Source: a bacterium (GTDB lineage: Archaea; Thermoplasmatota; E2; JACPAO01; JAHFTW01). From it: a stretch of DNA of 64,000 nt. Shown here piece after piece: positions 18,910 through 28,780 of the stretch. The DNA lies in NCBI GenBank assembly GCA_040390065.1, contig JAZJZE010000011.1, positions 32,001-96,000 of the forward strand. Reading direction: 5' to 3'. Both the position numbers and the translations under genes were made by a program. Below the pieces are notes generated by a model, which saw only the letters and a list, made by a program, of their open reading frames with translations, did not search any database and was not told the DNA's origin. The stretch's first letter is position 1. Each line of letters opens with the position of its first letter.

Positions 18910-19938
18910 CTACGCGGGACCCGGGATTGCCCAGGCACGTTCATGCCCATCATCTGAGGTATTTCGGGCGAAGAACACCTGTGCATCGAAGTCATAGCCG
19001 TGGCCGTCGAGGTCCATGGGTCGCAGGATACCCCGTGCCCGTCGCACGACGTCGGCAAACACGTCCTTCATCTCGCCGCGGATGCGTCCCCATTCCGTTT
19101 CAGGGTCGACGGATAGCGCCATGAGACAGGAAAGGTCCGACGCGAACTTGCGCAAGAGGAACGCCAAGCGCCCCTCGGCCTCGTGCCGGTCGCGAAGTTC
19201 GAAAAAGCCTGTTTCTAGTGCGGTGATGAGTGCAAGGGCGATAAGGGACTCCGTGAAGACCCCGTGGAAGACGACGTAGGCGGACCGGCGGTCGTCGGCT
19301 TGGCCGGTGATGGCGGATGCGCGCACCTGGTCCCATGGGGCAGGGTCCGGGAACATAGACGAGAAGAGTGTGTGGCCGCATTGGTGGGCTACGTCCTCCG
19401 TGAGGCCGGGAACGGACACGTGCTTGGGGAGGCTCAGGAACGATATGCCGTGCAGGGCCTCCGTTGCGAATGACCGCAGCCGCTCCTGCCGGGAGAATAC
19501 GAATCCCCGCGTCGTCGCCTGCAAGAGGCGCCAGTAGGCCGGGACAAGAGCCTCAAGGGCATTCAGGGCCTTTGCGAGCGTGGCCATAGCTGCCTCGTCG
19601 TGGACGACCTCCAAAAGCACGGATTGGTCCTCCTCGGGGGTGTACGTCTGGAGCAGCAAATCCATTGCGGTGTACACCGTGAAGTCGCGGATCTCGGCCC
19701 TGCCGTCTCTGGTCGGGGCGAGCACGGAACGCTCGATGGCCCGGCCTGGCTCCGGCTGCCGGGCTGCTGCAAGGAGAAGGGGGTGGAGGAACGCGGCGTC
19801 GTCTGAAAAGTCGAGCCGCGCGAAGGCGTCGGGGGCCATCCGGTAGACGAGGATGCGATGCTGCATCGACCGCTGGTGTTGCCCGAGGAGGGCACGTTCT
19901 TGCCAGTGCGGCCAATCGAGTTCAACGCGGCGGGTCAT
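18910..19938 (-). CDS. aKG-HExxH-type peptide-modifying enzyme (HQxxH variant)
   Basis: SFAT..LHG.SFL...EDVAHQCGH followed by the distal DDRRSAYVVFHGVFTE, the layout of the HExxH RiPP-maturase family. SD GGTGGTG lies between it and the upstream peptide gene. Confidence 0.8.
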   Translation of the reverse strand: MTRRVELDWPHWQERALLGQHQRSMQHRILVYRMAPDAFARLDFSDDAAFLHPLLLAAARQPEPGRAIERSVLAPTRDGRAEIRDFTVYTAMDLLLQTYTPEEDQSVLLEVVHDEAAMATLAKALNALEALVPAYWRLLQATTRGFVFSRQERLRSFATEALHGISFLSLPKHVSVPGLTEDVAHQCGHTLFSSMFPDPAPWDQVRASAITGQADDRRSAYVVFHGVFTESLIALALITALETGFFELRDRHEAEGRLAFLLRKFASDLSCLMALSVDPETEWGRIRGEMKDVFADVVRRARGILRPMDLDGHGYDFDAQVFFARNTSDDGHERAWAIPGPA

Positions 19939-19962
19939 GCGAAAGGCACCACCTAGATCGGC

Positions 19963-20223
19963 CTAGCGGGACAGCTCCTTGGGCGTGACTGGGCCGCGCA
20001 GCGCCATCATGGCATCGAGCTTCTGGAACACCGGCACGAGCTCGGGAATCCAGATTCCGGTGGCCTGGTAGAAGCAGTTGTGGCAGCCAGAGTAGCTTCC
20101 GCCAGTGATGCGGGTCATCAGCTTGTTGACATCAGCCGAGCCGGCCTTGCGCAGGAACTCGTCGAGCGACATCGTTTGCGCCTTGTGCGGCGTTTCGGGC
20201 TTCATGGTGGTTGAGTACGTCAT
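19963..20223 (-). CDS. Putative RiPP precursor peptide with double-glycine leader
   Basis: Leader MSLDEFLRKAGSADVNKLMTRITGG, core SYSGCHNCFYQATGIWIPEL...; ends 24 nt upstream of the HExxH gene. Start could be 20223, 20205 or 20172. Confidence 0.78.
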   Translation of the reverse strand: MTYSTTMKPETPHKAQTMSLDEFLRKAGSADVNKLMTRITGGSYSGCHNCFYQATGIWIPELVPVFQKLDAMMALRGPVTPKELSR

Positions 20224-20351
20224 TCTTTCAGTTCTCCATGTGCGCTCATCCAGGCCCCGGGATGCCCAGCCGAGCACGGAAGCACATGAATTGGGGGCGG
20301 GAGTTAGGCCTTGGGCGTGTGGAAAAATTACAAAAGTCCCAACCTAACCAA

Positions 20352-20368
20352 TTTCATTAAATATGAAA
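20352..20368. promoter_or_regulatory. Palindromic operator overlapping an AT-rich promoter
   Basis: TTTCAT-TAAAT-ATGAAA within an unusually AT-rich patch (about 20320-20370), upstream of the precursor gene. Confidence 0.55.
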
Positions 20369-20611
20369 CTCCGGGCGAAGAATCACGCCGCTCGCCCGAA
20401 CTCCTGCTTCGCAATTTCCGGACCAGCAAGGCCACGCTGAATGATGCGCGCCCACGCGACGCAGGCGTCATGGATCCATCGGAGCAGGCCGCCAGCGGTC
20501 CACGCACGATGCCGTAATGGATTGTGTGCTCCAGCCAAATTCGGCCTCGGGGGGAGGTTCGGCCGGGAACCCTCTACCCTATTGTGGCGATTTCCCCTCT
20601 GCCACCTGAGC

Positions 20612-21294
20612 ATGAGGCTGTCATCCGACGAGAGCAAGGTCTTGCAGGCGCTGCTCCAGTCCTATCGTACTGATGCCAAGTGGCCCTCCTTTGGCGGCCT
20701 GCACCGCCGCCTTGCGCTCCAGCTCGACGGCGAGCTCGGCGACGTAGTATCGTCATTGCTTCGAAAGGTTGGCCAACCCGAAGTGCGCTTCGAGTGGGGG
20801 GACTTGGTCCGTTTGCCCCCCGGGCCATCTTGATGGACGAACATGTCGAGCAGACCTACAGCGTTCTGCTCCGAGCACTACCACTTCTGAAGGATTTCTA
20901 CCTACGAGCGAACGAAAAGCCAAGGGTCACCCATCAATACTTCTTGGACATGGGATGGAGTCAGTGCGATGTTTGGCGGCTCCACAACCTCTGCATGTCG
21001 CAGCGATTCTGGTCCGACATGGGCTCCACTCCGGAGACCGGTACCTGGGTGATGGATCTCACGCCGGAGATTACGAGATACGCAAAGGCCGGCTCGGCAA
21101 AGGAACTCTGGGGCTGGCTTGCGAAAGATGAGCGGAAGTGGAGGAAGCGCGCCCGTCGGCCGGACACGGGCCCTTTGGGGCAGCCTACCAAGGCCGGCCG
21201 TGAGTGGATGGCCCATTACATCGTGCCGTTGATACTTGGTGTGCTCGGCGCCGTCATCGCTGGCGCCATCTTGTGGCGACTCGGATTGCACTAG
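20612..21294 (+). pseudogene. Frameshifted gene for a C-terminally membrane-anchored protein
   Basis: MRLSSDESKVL...WPSF...DLVRLPP in one frame continues as RAILMDEHVEQ... plus a C-terminal TM in the -1 frame. The junction is at the C6 tract 20816-20821. Confidence 0.6.
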
Positions 21295-21442
21295 GGCCGC
21301 CATGACGGCCCGCCACAGCGCGAGACGAAGCCGAGCCCGCAATCACCCGTGGTGGCTTGTGACACGGCCCCGGGTTTGCGGCAGGTCCCTAACAATCTCC
21401 GAGGCGGGACATCACACAGAAAAGCCTCTTGCGCCACACCCC

Positions 21443-21757
21443 ATGACAACCCCGATGCCCACTCCAAATGCGCCACGCTTCAACGCAGCTGCGGGGGCCC
21501 TTCACACGGCCATCGCGCAACTTGCCGGATTCATGGCGCAGCGCCCAATCTCGGAAGCGTCATTCCAGACGCCATCAAATCCCGAGGGGCAGACAAGTCC
21601 CCGCCTGCGGGCCGCTGCGGAGCTTACCCAAATCCTGTTGGAAATTCCCCAAATCAACGGGCCAGCCATGGGCGAAAGAGAGGGAATTGAAACGCTGGGA
21701 AACCTGTTCGTGGACGTGGGGGAAATTCTTCAACGGGTGGGCCCAAACCTGCCCTAG
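21443..21757 (+). CDS. Small helical hypothetical protein
   Basis: 104-aa ORF with amphipathic helices; double stop TAGTAG. Confidence 0.55.
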   Translation: MTTPMPTPNAPRFNAAAGALHTAIAQLAGFMAQRPISEASFQTPSNPEGQTSPRLRAAAELTQILLEIPQINGPAMGEREGIETLGNLFVDVGEILQRVGPNLP

Positions 21758-21823
21758 TAGGTAATCCCGTTTAGACGGAGCCAGGCGTGGATTGTGGACC
21801 TTTTGCGAACCTTTCGTGGTTCG

Positions 21824-23308
21824 CTAGGCCTTTTCCGAAAGAGCCGCGACCGTCTCCTTGGCAATTTCAAGCATTTTCCTGGCGTCCGTCTGGCTGCTGG
21901 TTTCTCCGTGCAGGATGGAGTTACGTTTCCGGTTGTAGGCGATAATCTTGGCGGCCGTCGCCGGAGGAAGCCACCCTGCGATTTCCAGGCCGCCTGCCAT
22001 TTGGACCGTTTGCCAGGCTGCGTCTGACTTGGTGCCTTGCGCGCCCGTCGCCTTGCGGAGAAGGCCTTCCCAGGATTCGTTGAGGCGGCGCTCCACGACC
22101 GTCCACGCCAGGAAGAACGCCTGGCGCCATTCCTCGTCGTCCAAGTGGCTCTCCGCTTCCAGGAGCGCGACATGCCAAGCTGCCGCTGGGTCACTGAGGC
22201 TTGCCGACGCTTTGCGAAAGGCGGTCGCCACGGTGGTCTTGGATATCCAGGCGCTTCCAAGCCAAACCCGTTCGGCGACCTTGACTGGCGGGCGATCCTG
22301 CGGGACGAAACCCCATGACGAGTACTCAATGGGTCCCGTGGAGTTCCTGCGCACAATAAACGGCGCTAGGTCTTGCGGCCTAAGATGCGCAGTCTTGTGG
22401 TCACCTCGGCGCAGGTGAACGCAGACGAGGTTGAGAAAGCGCTGCGCCTTCTTCTTGTCGGCACACTCGATACCGATGCTTCCCTCTTATGTCGCAAAGG
22501 CCGCGCCCAGTGGCGTCTTCACCTCGACGATTCTAGTGCCAGGACTCCCGCTCGTGAAAGGGCCCCACAACAGTTCTGCCATCGTCGAGGCAGGATGCTT
22601 TCCGATGTTGCAAGGCGGGTAAAGTCGGCTGGCATATCCGCTGGGAGGCGGCTCGACGTAAGGAACGGGCGGGGTCGGGATCGTTTGCCGGACTTCGCGT
22701 AGGTAGTGGCGCCGCCGTTCCCGGTTGCCTCGTGCCTCGCGGAAAAATTGGTCAACAAAATCAGCAGGATTTCTTTGCAGCAGGTACCCGTGGAATACGA
22801 CAGAGCCGTGGTTCGCATCCCACCCCTGTAGGTACAAGGCCGAGTCTTCGCGAGACGGATTCATGAGGTGCACGCGAAGGGTATCGAAAATGCTGCCAAT
22901 CTGCCGGGCGAGGTGGTCGCTTAGGCGCCCCCTGCTCGTGGGATCCCGGACCGAGAAGACCGGACCACGCCGCTTGAGCTTGACCGGCCATTGGAACCAG
23001 GGTTCCGCATACAATTCCTCGAGAACCCGTTGGAGGTCCTTGGGCTCGAATGGCCCCCAACTGTAGGTCACGCCATCTGAAAGGCTTGGCCAATGCATGG
23101 CAACGACAAAGTGAAACTCCGTGTCTGGCCAGCTTCTCATCCACAGGTGGGCAAACTGGGTCGGGCGGCCAAGCCGCTGTGATACGTGAACCAAGCGTCG
23201 GACGGGGGCGTCCTCGCTGCGGGCCCGCTTCCGGTACTCCTCGATGAGGCGAGCAAACCATGCAAGCGCTCGCGCATCTTGGCGAGGCACTGGTTTCTCA
23301 TCCACCAT
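21824..23308 (-). pseudogene. HEPN-domain (RxxxxH) protein gene interrupted by a single in-frame TAA
   Basis: ORFs 22487-23356 and 21824-22354 are in the same frame. The 44 codons between them are open (EGSIGIECADKKKAQRFLNLV...). The only stop is TAA 22487-22489. C-terminus has AFFLAWTVVE...RKRNSILHG. Confidence 0.78.
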
Positions 23309-23780
23309 GTCGCGGACGCCATGCCCATTGAAAACAGGGCGCTTGGAGCACGGCACTGGTGTTAGATTGTCGAAGCCGCGCTAGAAGCGTGGGCGGCCGA
23401 CGAAAAATCGGCGAGGAAGTGCGGGTGGGCGCGTCGTCGCGATGGGCAGGGTCCCTTTTTGGATCGGTGCCCTCGTGAAATCCCCTCATGGCTTGCGCCG
23501 CCCACCACTAGGCGGGCGAGGCCGTTCATTCCTTGGGCTGTGCGGCTAGATGCCAGCACAAACCCTCGCTTCCCCTGAGCCGGTCGCGGCGATGGGTTCG
23601 CTTCGTTTCGGCAATGGAATGCCGGGGCTACTTTGGATAGATTGGGCCCATTCATCACGCGCTTTCCCTCCTGTCGGTTCGGCCTGCCGTCTACTGGGTC
23701 ACGTTGCCCAGGCGTTGGACGTGCCTTACCAATCCATCGTCCTGACGAGAAACCGAAAGAGGGGCAGAGGGCTCGAACCG

Positions 23781-24043
23781 AGGCGTCACAGGTTCCGCGT
23801 GTCAACTGTGGTGTGCCCCACGTTGGCCGACGCGTAGCAAAGGCCGTCTCCAAAGCTGTTCTGCGTGCAGTAGACGGTAGCCCCGAAGCCCGTGTACGGC
23901 TGGCAGGGAACAGGGGCGTCCAAGCAGTCCGGGTAGCGCACACAGCCACTCAGTTCGCTTCCGGGCAAGACCCAGCAGGCAGGGTACCCGGACGAGCCGT
24001 CGTTGCCGCACGCGTCGGAGCGGAACGCGCACACCCCCGTGTC
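23781..24043. repeat. Direct repeat of 28781-29043 (~94% identity by manual count)
   Basis: About 15 mismatches in about 263 nt; offset 5000 bp. Confidence 0.92.
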
Positions 24044-24109
24044 GGCGGAGACGGTCGGGACAACGGCAAGGGCCGCGAGCAGGAGTATGCCGGCAAGGAT
24101 GGGTCGCAT
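23786..24109 (-). CDS. Secreted Cys-rich mini-protein, copy 2 (8 Cys)
   Basis: Signal MRPILAGILLLAALAVVPTVSA; mature part nearly identical to copy 3. Confidence 0.88.
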   Translation of the reverse strand: MRPILAGILLLAALAVVPTVSADTGVCAFRSDACGNDGSSGYPACWVLPGSELSGCVRYPDCLDAPVPCQPYTGFGATVYCTQNSFGDGLCYASANVGHTTVDTRNL

Positions 24110-24250
24110 CAGGGACACCAAGCCAGGCAAGGCTGCCCGTTCGACATCCTTTGTGGAGAAAAAACCGGCATGCCGGAGCCGTAACGCGCCAGCCGCGGCC
24201 CGACGAGGCCGACTTGGAAGGTGTGCCTGAAGTCAGCCCCGCGGGAGTCG

Positions 24251-25558
24251 TCAGCGAACGCCCGCAAGGCCCCAATAGACATCCTGATCGTCGGTTGCCC
24301 AGACGACGTGGTCGCTTCCGTCTGGCCCGATCGCGACTTGCAGGAAGTCCCCGAGCGGGGGCGTGCCGCCGCATGAGGAGTAGCCCGTCGTGCAGATGAC
24401 CTTCGTGGAGACGGGCTCGTCTGTCATGGCCAGCCTCGTGATGGCCGGCGTGATGGAGGCGGCATCCAGGATGTCCACCAGGTAAGGTCGCCAAGGGCCC
24501 TTCACCTTGTTGGGGTCGCCGGGATGCCCGGGCGCGGCGTAGAACGCAACGGCTGCGTGGCCCGCCGCGGCGGCGGCGATCCAGGGGCTGGCGGCCGCGC
24601 CGCCCGGGTCCGAGACGCGCACCGGCGCCATCCAGGTTGCACCATGGTCGGAGCTCGCGGAATAGAACACCTGGGCGTTGCCGTCCTTGAGCTCGGCCCA
24701 GGTGGCGTATAGGTTGTTGGCGGCGTCGGCAGCGACGGATACGAACGTGTAGTCCGTGGGGTTCGTCGTATCGAGGACCTTGGCCGCAACGAACGTCTGG
24801 CCCGCGTCCCGGCTTACATAGGCGTTGACCCCGTCGCCGTTGTTGCCGACGACGATTGTGCCGTCGGGCGCGATGGCGATGCCACTGGCCCCAGCAGGCG
24901 GCGCTTCGACCACGGGCGTCTGTTGCGCGAAGGTGAGGCCGCCGTCCGTCGACACGGCGACCCAGAGCTGCGTGATGGCGCCGACGAAGTTGAGTTGGCT
25001 GATCCATGTCACCGCGACGAGATCACCCTCGCCGGCGGCAACCCATTCCCTGTCTCCCCAGGGGACTGCGAGCGCGGCTGCATTGCGGACCAGCCAGGTT
25101 CGTCCTGCGTCGTTCGACCTCGACACGGTCACCGATGCCAGGGTCAGGTCGACGAAGTACGCGGTCCCTTGCGGGCTGACGGCCAAGTCGCCTTCCATGC
25201 CATACGGTAGGTTGCTGACGCCGGTGGCCGCGTCCACGGGTTCGACCTCGGCGAAGCCGGTCCCGTTGTGCGCCACCCATAGCCGGCTCGATTGGACACC
25301 GTCGACGCCGCGCTCCTGATGCAGGCCTTCGGCCGCCGTGACGTAGATTGTCCCGTCGGGCCCGACCTTGACGCTCGGTTCAAAGCCGACGCCGGCCTGG
25401 TTGACTTTGAGGTTGGCCAGCACCGAGAGGACGCGCCCCGGTACGATGGGGTCGATAGCTGGCGCGTCCGGCACGGTGGGCGCCGCAGGGCCGCGGCCCG
25501 GCTGGACGCAGCCAGCCAGAACGATGAGCGCTAGCAGGAGAACGGCCGAATGGCGCAT
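24251..25558 (-). CDS. BNR/Asp-box (sialidase-like beta-propeller) lipoprotein
   Basis: Lipobox LAGC; Asp-boxes SNDAGRTW, STDGGLTF, SRDAGQTF, SSDHGATW; DREW motif. Confidence 0.9.
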   Translation of the reverse strand: MRHSAVLLLALIVLAGCVQPGRGPAAPTVPDAPAIDPIVPGRVLSVLANLKVNQAGVGFEPSVKVGPDGTIYVTAAEGLHQERGVDGVQSSRLWVAHNGTGFAEVEPVDAATGVSNLPYGMEGDLAVSPQGTAYFVDLTLASVTVSRSNDAGRTWLVRNAAALAVPWGDREWVAAGEGDLVAVTWISQLNFVGAITQLWVAVSTDGGLTFAQQTPVVEAPPAGASGIAIAPDGTIVVGNNGDGVNAYVSRDAGQTFVAAKVLDTTNPTDYTFVSVAADAANNLYATWAELKDGNAQVFYSASSDHGATWMAPVRVSDPGGAAASPWIAAAAAGHAAVAFYAAPGHPGDPNKVKGPWRPYLVDILDAASITPAITRLAMTDEPVSTKVICTTGYSSCGGTPPLGDFLQVAIGPDGSDHVVWATDDQDVYWGLAGVR

Positions 25559-25667
25559 GCGAGTCAAGGCGATCATGTCCATCACCGGCTCGGCCCTTAA
25601 GGGGAGCTTGGAGAGATTGTTGGCATGAGGGACGAGAACTCGGAAAAGCAAAAGAACCCGTCCCCGA

Positions 25668-27326
25668 GTGTTCGCCGTCGTGGCCGACCGACCGTCCCGG
25701 CATTCTGCGGTCTGGCCGTGCCTCATCCTCCTGCTTTTGACGGGCTGCGCGGCGGCAGTGCCGCTTGCAACCACGGCAGGTCGCGACATGGACCCGCCCG
25801 GAAGCGAGAGGGGCGAGGCGCCGGCCAATGCCACGCAGCGGACGCCCCACCGCTCAGCGTCGGCTGTGGAGGTGACCTTCGATGACACGAACTACTTGGC
25901 CACGCAACACGTCACCCTTTCCAACGATTACGGCGGCGCCCCGGCGGCCCGCGTGCACCTGGCCACGCCCCGCGGTGGCGTGATGGCGCGGCCTGGCCAA
26001 CGTAATGCGTACGAAGTCGAGGCGGTCCTGCACGCGCGAGGCCCCACCGAACAATCGGCGCGCAACCAAATCGCCGCCATGCACGTCGTGGCGCGCGACC
26101 GCCTGGGCCAAGGAAAGCTGTTCCTTGACGTCGACGTGGAATTGGCGGCCGCCAAGTCCGATTTCCCCTGGGATGCCCTGGACACCTTGGGCGGCACGCC
26201 CAGGTGGGCCGATATCGTTGCCACGTTGCCCGCCGAAGCGGACCATGACCTCGATGCGCAGACGACCGACGACGCCCTGGCTGTGACTGGGCTGCGTGGG
26301 CAGTACCTCGATTTGCAGACGACGACGGGTCGGCTCGCGGTTGACGGCCAATGGGCGGCAGCCCGTCTGCGAACCACCTATGGCGACCTCGACTTGAGTG
26401 GGGAGTACTCCGAGGCGTCAGCCACAACTGAACGGGGCAGCATTTTCGTGCGCGGCACCTACGGCGACTTCCAGGCGGTGAGCCAAAGCGGCGAGATCCG
26501 CGGCACGGTGCACCCACAAGACGGTGCCCGCCACGCCCTTTCCACCGAGGATGGACCCATCCACTGGGACCTCGAGCAGACTCCCCTGTTTGGACTCAAC
26601 CTGACCGCCGCCTCTTCGCGCGGCCAGGCACAACTGAGCGTGGCCGGCGTGGCGACGCAGGGTCAGGGCGAGTTGCACCAAGCCGTCCATGCCGACGCGT
26701 GGCAGGTGGTGACGGTCCAGGCCTCAAGTGACCGCGGCGACGTCGTCCTCAGCGCACCCGCCGTCGTGGCTGTCGGGAACAGGCCGTTCGACTTGCAGGT
26801 CGGGACGGCGTTGCTCGGCCTCGGGGCCATCGCCGTCGCCGCGAAGCTGTTCGGCGGACGCCTCCTCGCACTGTTCACCCGTCTCGACACGAACCAGGTC
26901 CTCAACCACCGGCGGCGGCAAGCCATCATGGACCACGTCACGGAAAATCCTGGGCGATCCTTTAGCGACCTGCGCCGCGACATCGGGCTGCCCAACGGCG
27001 TCCTGGTCCATCACCTTCGCGTCCTCGCGGCCCATGGGCTGCTTGTCTCGAAGGGCCGCGGCAACCGCCGGTGCTATTATGCACCGCGGGCCGCCGTCCA
27101 TCCGTACCTGACGACGGTCCAGGCCAGGATCCTGGCCGCCCTGGATGCTGAACCAGGCATCACCCAACAGGAGCTTCGTGACCGCGTCGGCATCCCGCGT
27201 GGCACGCTCGGATACCATCTCGGCGTCCTCCGAGACGCGGGCCTGCTGCATGAAGCCAAGAAAGGCCGCTTTACGCGATACGCGCCCACTGCGCCGAATG
27301 CCGTGGACAACGCAAAGCCCTCGTAA
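25668..27326 (+). CDS. Membrane-spanning one-component regulator: extracellular DUF4097-like beta domain, TM, tandem wHTH
   Basis: LLLTGC lipobox-like N-terminus; TTxGx(I/L) beta-strand repeats; TM followed by LFTRL; two wHTH (NPGRSFSDLRRDIG.., EPGITQQELRDRVG..). Confidence 0.88.
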   Translation: MFAVVADRPSRHSAVWPCLILLLLTGCAAAVPLATTAGRDMDPPGSERGEAPANATQRTPHRSASAVEVTFDDTNYLATQHVTLSNDYGGAPAARVHLATPRGGVMARPGQRNAYEVEAVLHARGPTEQSARNQIAAMHVVARDRLGQGKLFLDVDVELAAAKSDFPWDALDTLGGTPRWADIVATLPAEADHDLDAQTTDDALAVTGLRGQYLDLQTTTGRLAVDGQWAAARLRTTYGDLDLSGEYSEASATTERGSIFVRGTYGDFQAVSQSGEIRGTVHPQDGARHALSTEDGPIHWDLEQTPLFGLNLTAASSRGQAQLSVAGVATQGQGELHQAVHADAWQVVTVQASSDRGDVVLSAPAVVAVGNRPFDLQVGTALLGLGAIAVAAKLFGGRLLALFTRLDTNQVLNHRRRQAIMDHVTENPGRSFSDLRRDIGLPNGVLVHHLRVLAAHGLLVSKGRGNRRCYYAPRAAVHPYLTTVQARILAALDAEPGITQQELRDRVGIPRGTLGYHLGVLRDAGLLHEAKKGRFTRYAPTAPNAVDNAKPS

Positions 27327-27436
27327 CCCAGGCGACCGCCGCGAGGCCGGCCGACAGGCCGAACTCCGCTCCACGCTCCCTATGTTGCACCTCAGCGTCC
27401 GTCACAAGCAGGGCTACCTGCCCCAGAAGATTCCCC

Positions 27437-28726
27437 ATGAACATCCGCGTTCTTGCTGCCCTTGCAATCCTTCTCGCCGGCTGCGCCACCACGCAACCGA
27501 CGACGGCACCGACTGACGCGACGCCGGCCACGACCGCGGCGGACCAGGTGGCCAAGGACGTGACGGTCCCGTCCGCTCCATCGACCGGCCCTCGGCCGCC
27601 CACCAGGTTGTATGACGCCTGCGACAAGTTATGCGAACCAAGCGTCACAGTCGACGGCAAGGCTCGACTCGTCGTCACCGAGACCATGCAGCGCAAGGGC
27701 GGGTACCTGGCCGTAATTGACGGAAACGGGACCGTTGCGCGCGTGGCCTACCCTCCCACACCGTCCGGCACGACGGCTGACGCCTTCCAACAGGACAACC
27801 TCGTCCAGACGGATTCCCAAGGCCGTCTCGTGTTCTCCGCAATGGTGTCGGACTGGTTCCCCAATGGCCAGCACGCCTACTTCAACACGGTCGGGCTGCA
27901 AGTCGCCGTATCGCCGGACAGCGGCCGCACCTGGTCCTCCAACGTCCTCGTCACGATCCCGGCCCTCGCGGCGCCGCTGCATGACCGCCAATGGCTGGCC
28001 TTTGGACCGGATAACGTCATGTACCTCGTGTTCCAGCAGATTCCCACCGGCATCTGGGCTGCGCGGTCCGACGATGGCGGCAGCACCTTCCAGACGGCAA
28101 TGCCGGTGGCAACCCATGCCGATCGGCTGTACGTCCGGGCAAGCGGCTTGCCCGCGGTCGACCACGACGGTCGACTCGTTGTTCCGTATTTCGCGGTCCT
28201 CGACCCGACAACGACGGACACGGAAGCCTCAGCTACGGTCAGGATCGCCGTCTCGACGGACAAGGGCCTTACGTTCACGCAGACCATCGTCGCCGTGGAA
28301 CCAAGCGACCACGGAGCCTGGCCCACCGTCGTGGCCGACGATGGCAATGGCCTTCATCTATCCTGGGCGTCGGCGACCGAGGGAGTCTTGGTGGCGCACT
28401 CGGCGGATCATGGCGCCACGTGGACCGCCGCAACTGCCTGGGTGAAGGAAGGTGTCATCCCGGAGCAGACGTGGATGGCGACAACGCCACAGAAGACGCT
28501 CCTGGTGGCGTGGTATGCCAAGGACGGGAACGGCCACGTCCTGCGCCTGGCGCGCGGCGGAGCCAACTACGCGGACCCCCAAGAGGAAGCCATCACGATG
28601 TCCCCGAAGCTCGCGGGCGGACAGCCCTCCACCGACTTCCCAAACTTCACTGTCATGGCGGACGGCACCGTCGCATCGGTCTGGGGGGAGACCGATGCGG
28701 GCGTGACCCTGGGACTTACTCGATAG
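27437..28726 (+). CDS. BNR/Asp-box (sialidase-like) lipoprotein
   Basis: Lipobox LAGC; SPDSGRTW, SDDGGSTF, STDKGLTF, SADHGATW; DRQW motif. Confidence 0.9.
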   Translation: MNIRVLAALAILLAGCATTQPTTAPTDATPATTAADQVAKDVTVPSAPSTGPRPPTRLYDACDKLCEPSVTVDGKARLVVTETMQRKGGYLAVIDGNGTVARVAYPPTPSGTTADAFQQDNLVQTDSQGRLVFSAMVSDWFPNGQHAYFNTVGLQVAVSPDSGRTWSSNVLVTIPALAAPLHDRQWLAFGPDNVMYLVFQQIPTGIWAARSDDGGSTFQTAMPVATHADRLYVRASGLPAVDHDGRLVVPYFAVLDPTTTDTEASATVRIAVSTDKGLTFTQTIVAVEPSDHGAWPTVVADDGNGLHLSWASATEGVLVAHSADHGATWTAATAWVKEGVIPEQTWMATTPQKTLLVAWYAKDGNGHVLRLARGGANYADPQEEAITMSPKLAGGQPSTDFPNFTVMADGTVASVWGETDAGVTLGLTR

Positions 28727-28780
28727 GCAACCAAGACCGTTCCAGAAAAAAGGGGGAATGGGGAAGAGGGCTCGAGCTAG

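Noticed and set aside
18910-19938. Zinc metalloprotease call for the HQCGH protein
   Set aside because: It lacks the catalytic Glu, and it has the distal R....FHG motif and adjacent precursor typical of aKG-HExxH peptide oxidases.
23765-23782. GGTTCGAGCCC (minus strand) as a tRNA T-arm fragment or att site
   Set aside because: Too short, does not match the tRNA-Val, and is not preserved in the paralogous copy at 28770. It is part of the peptide gene 3' region.
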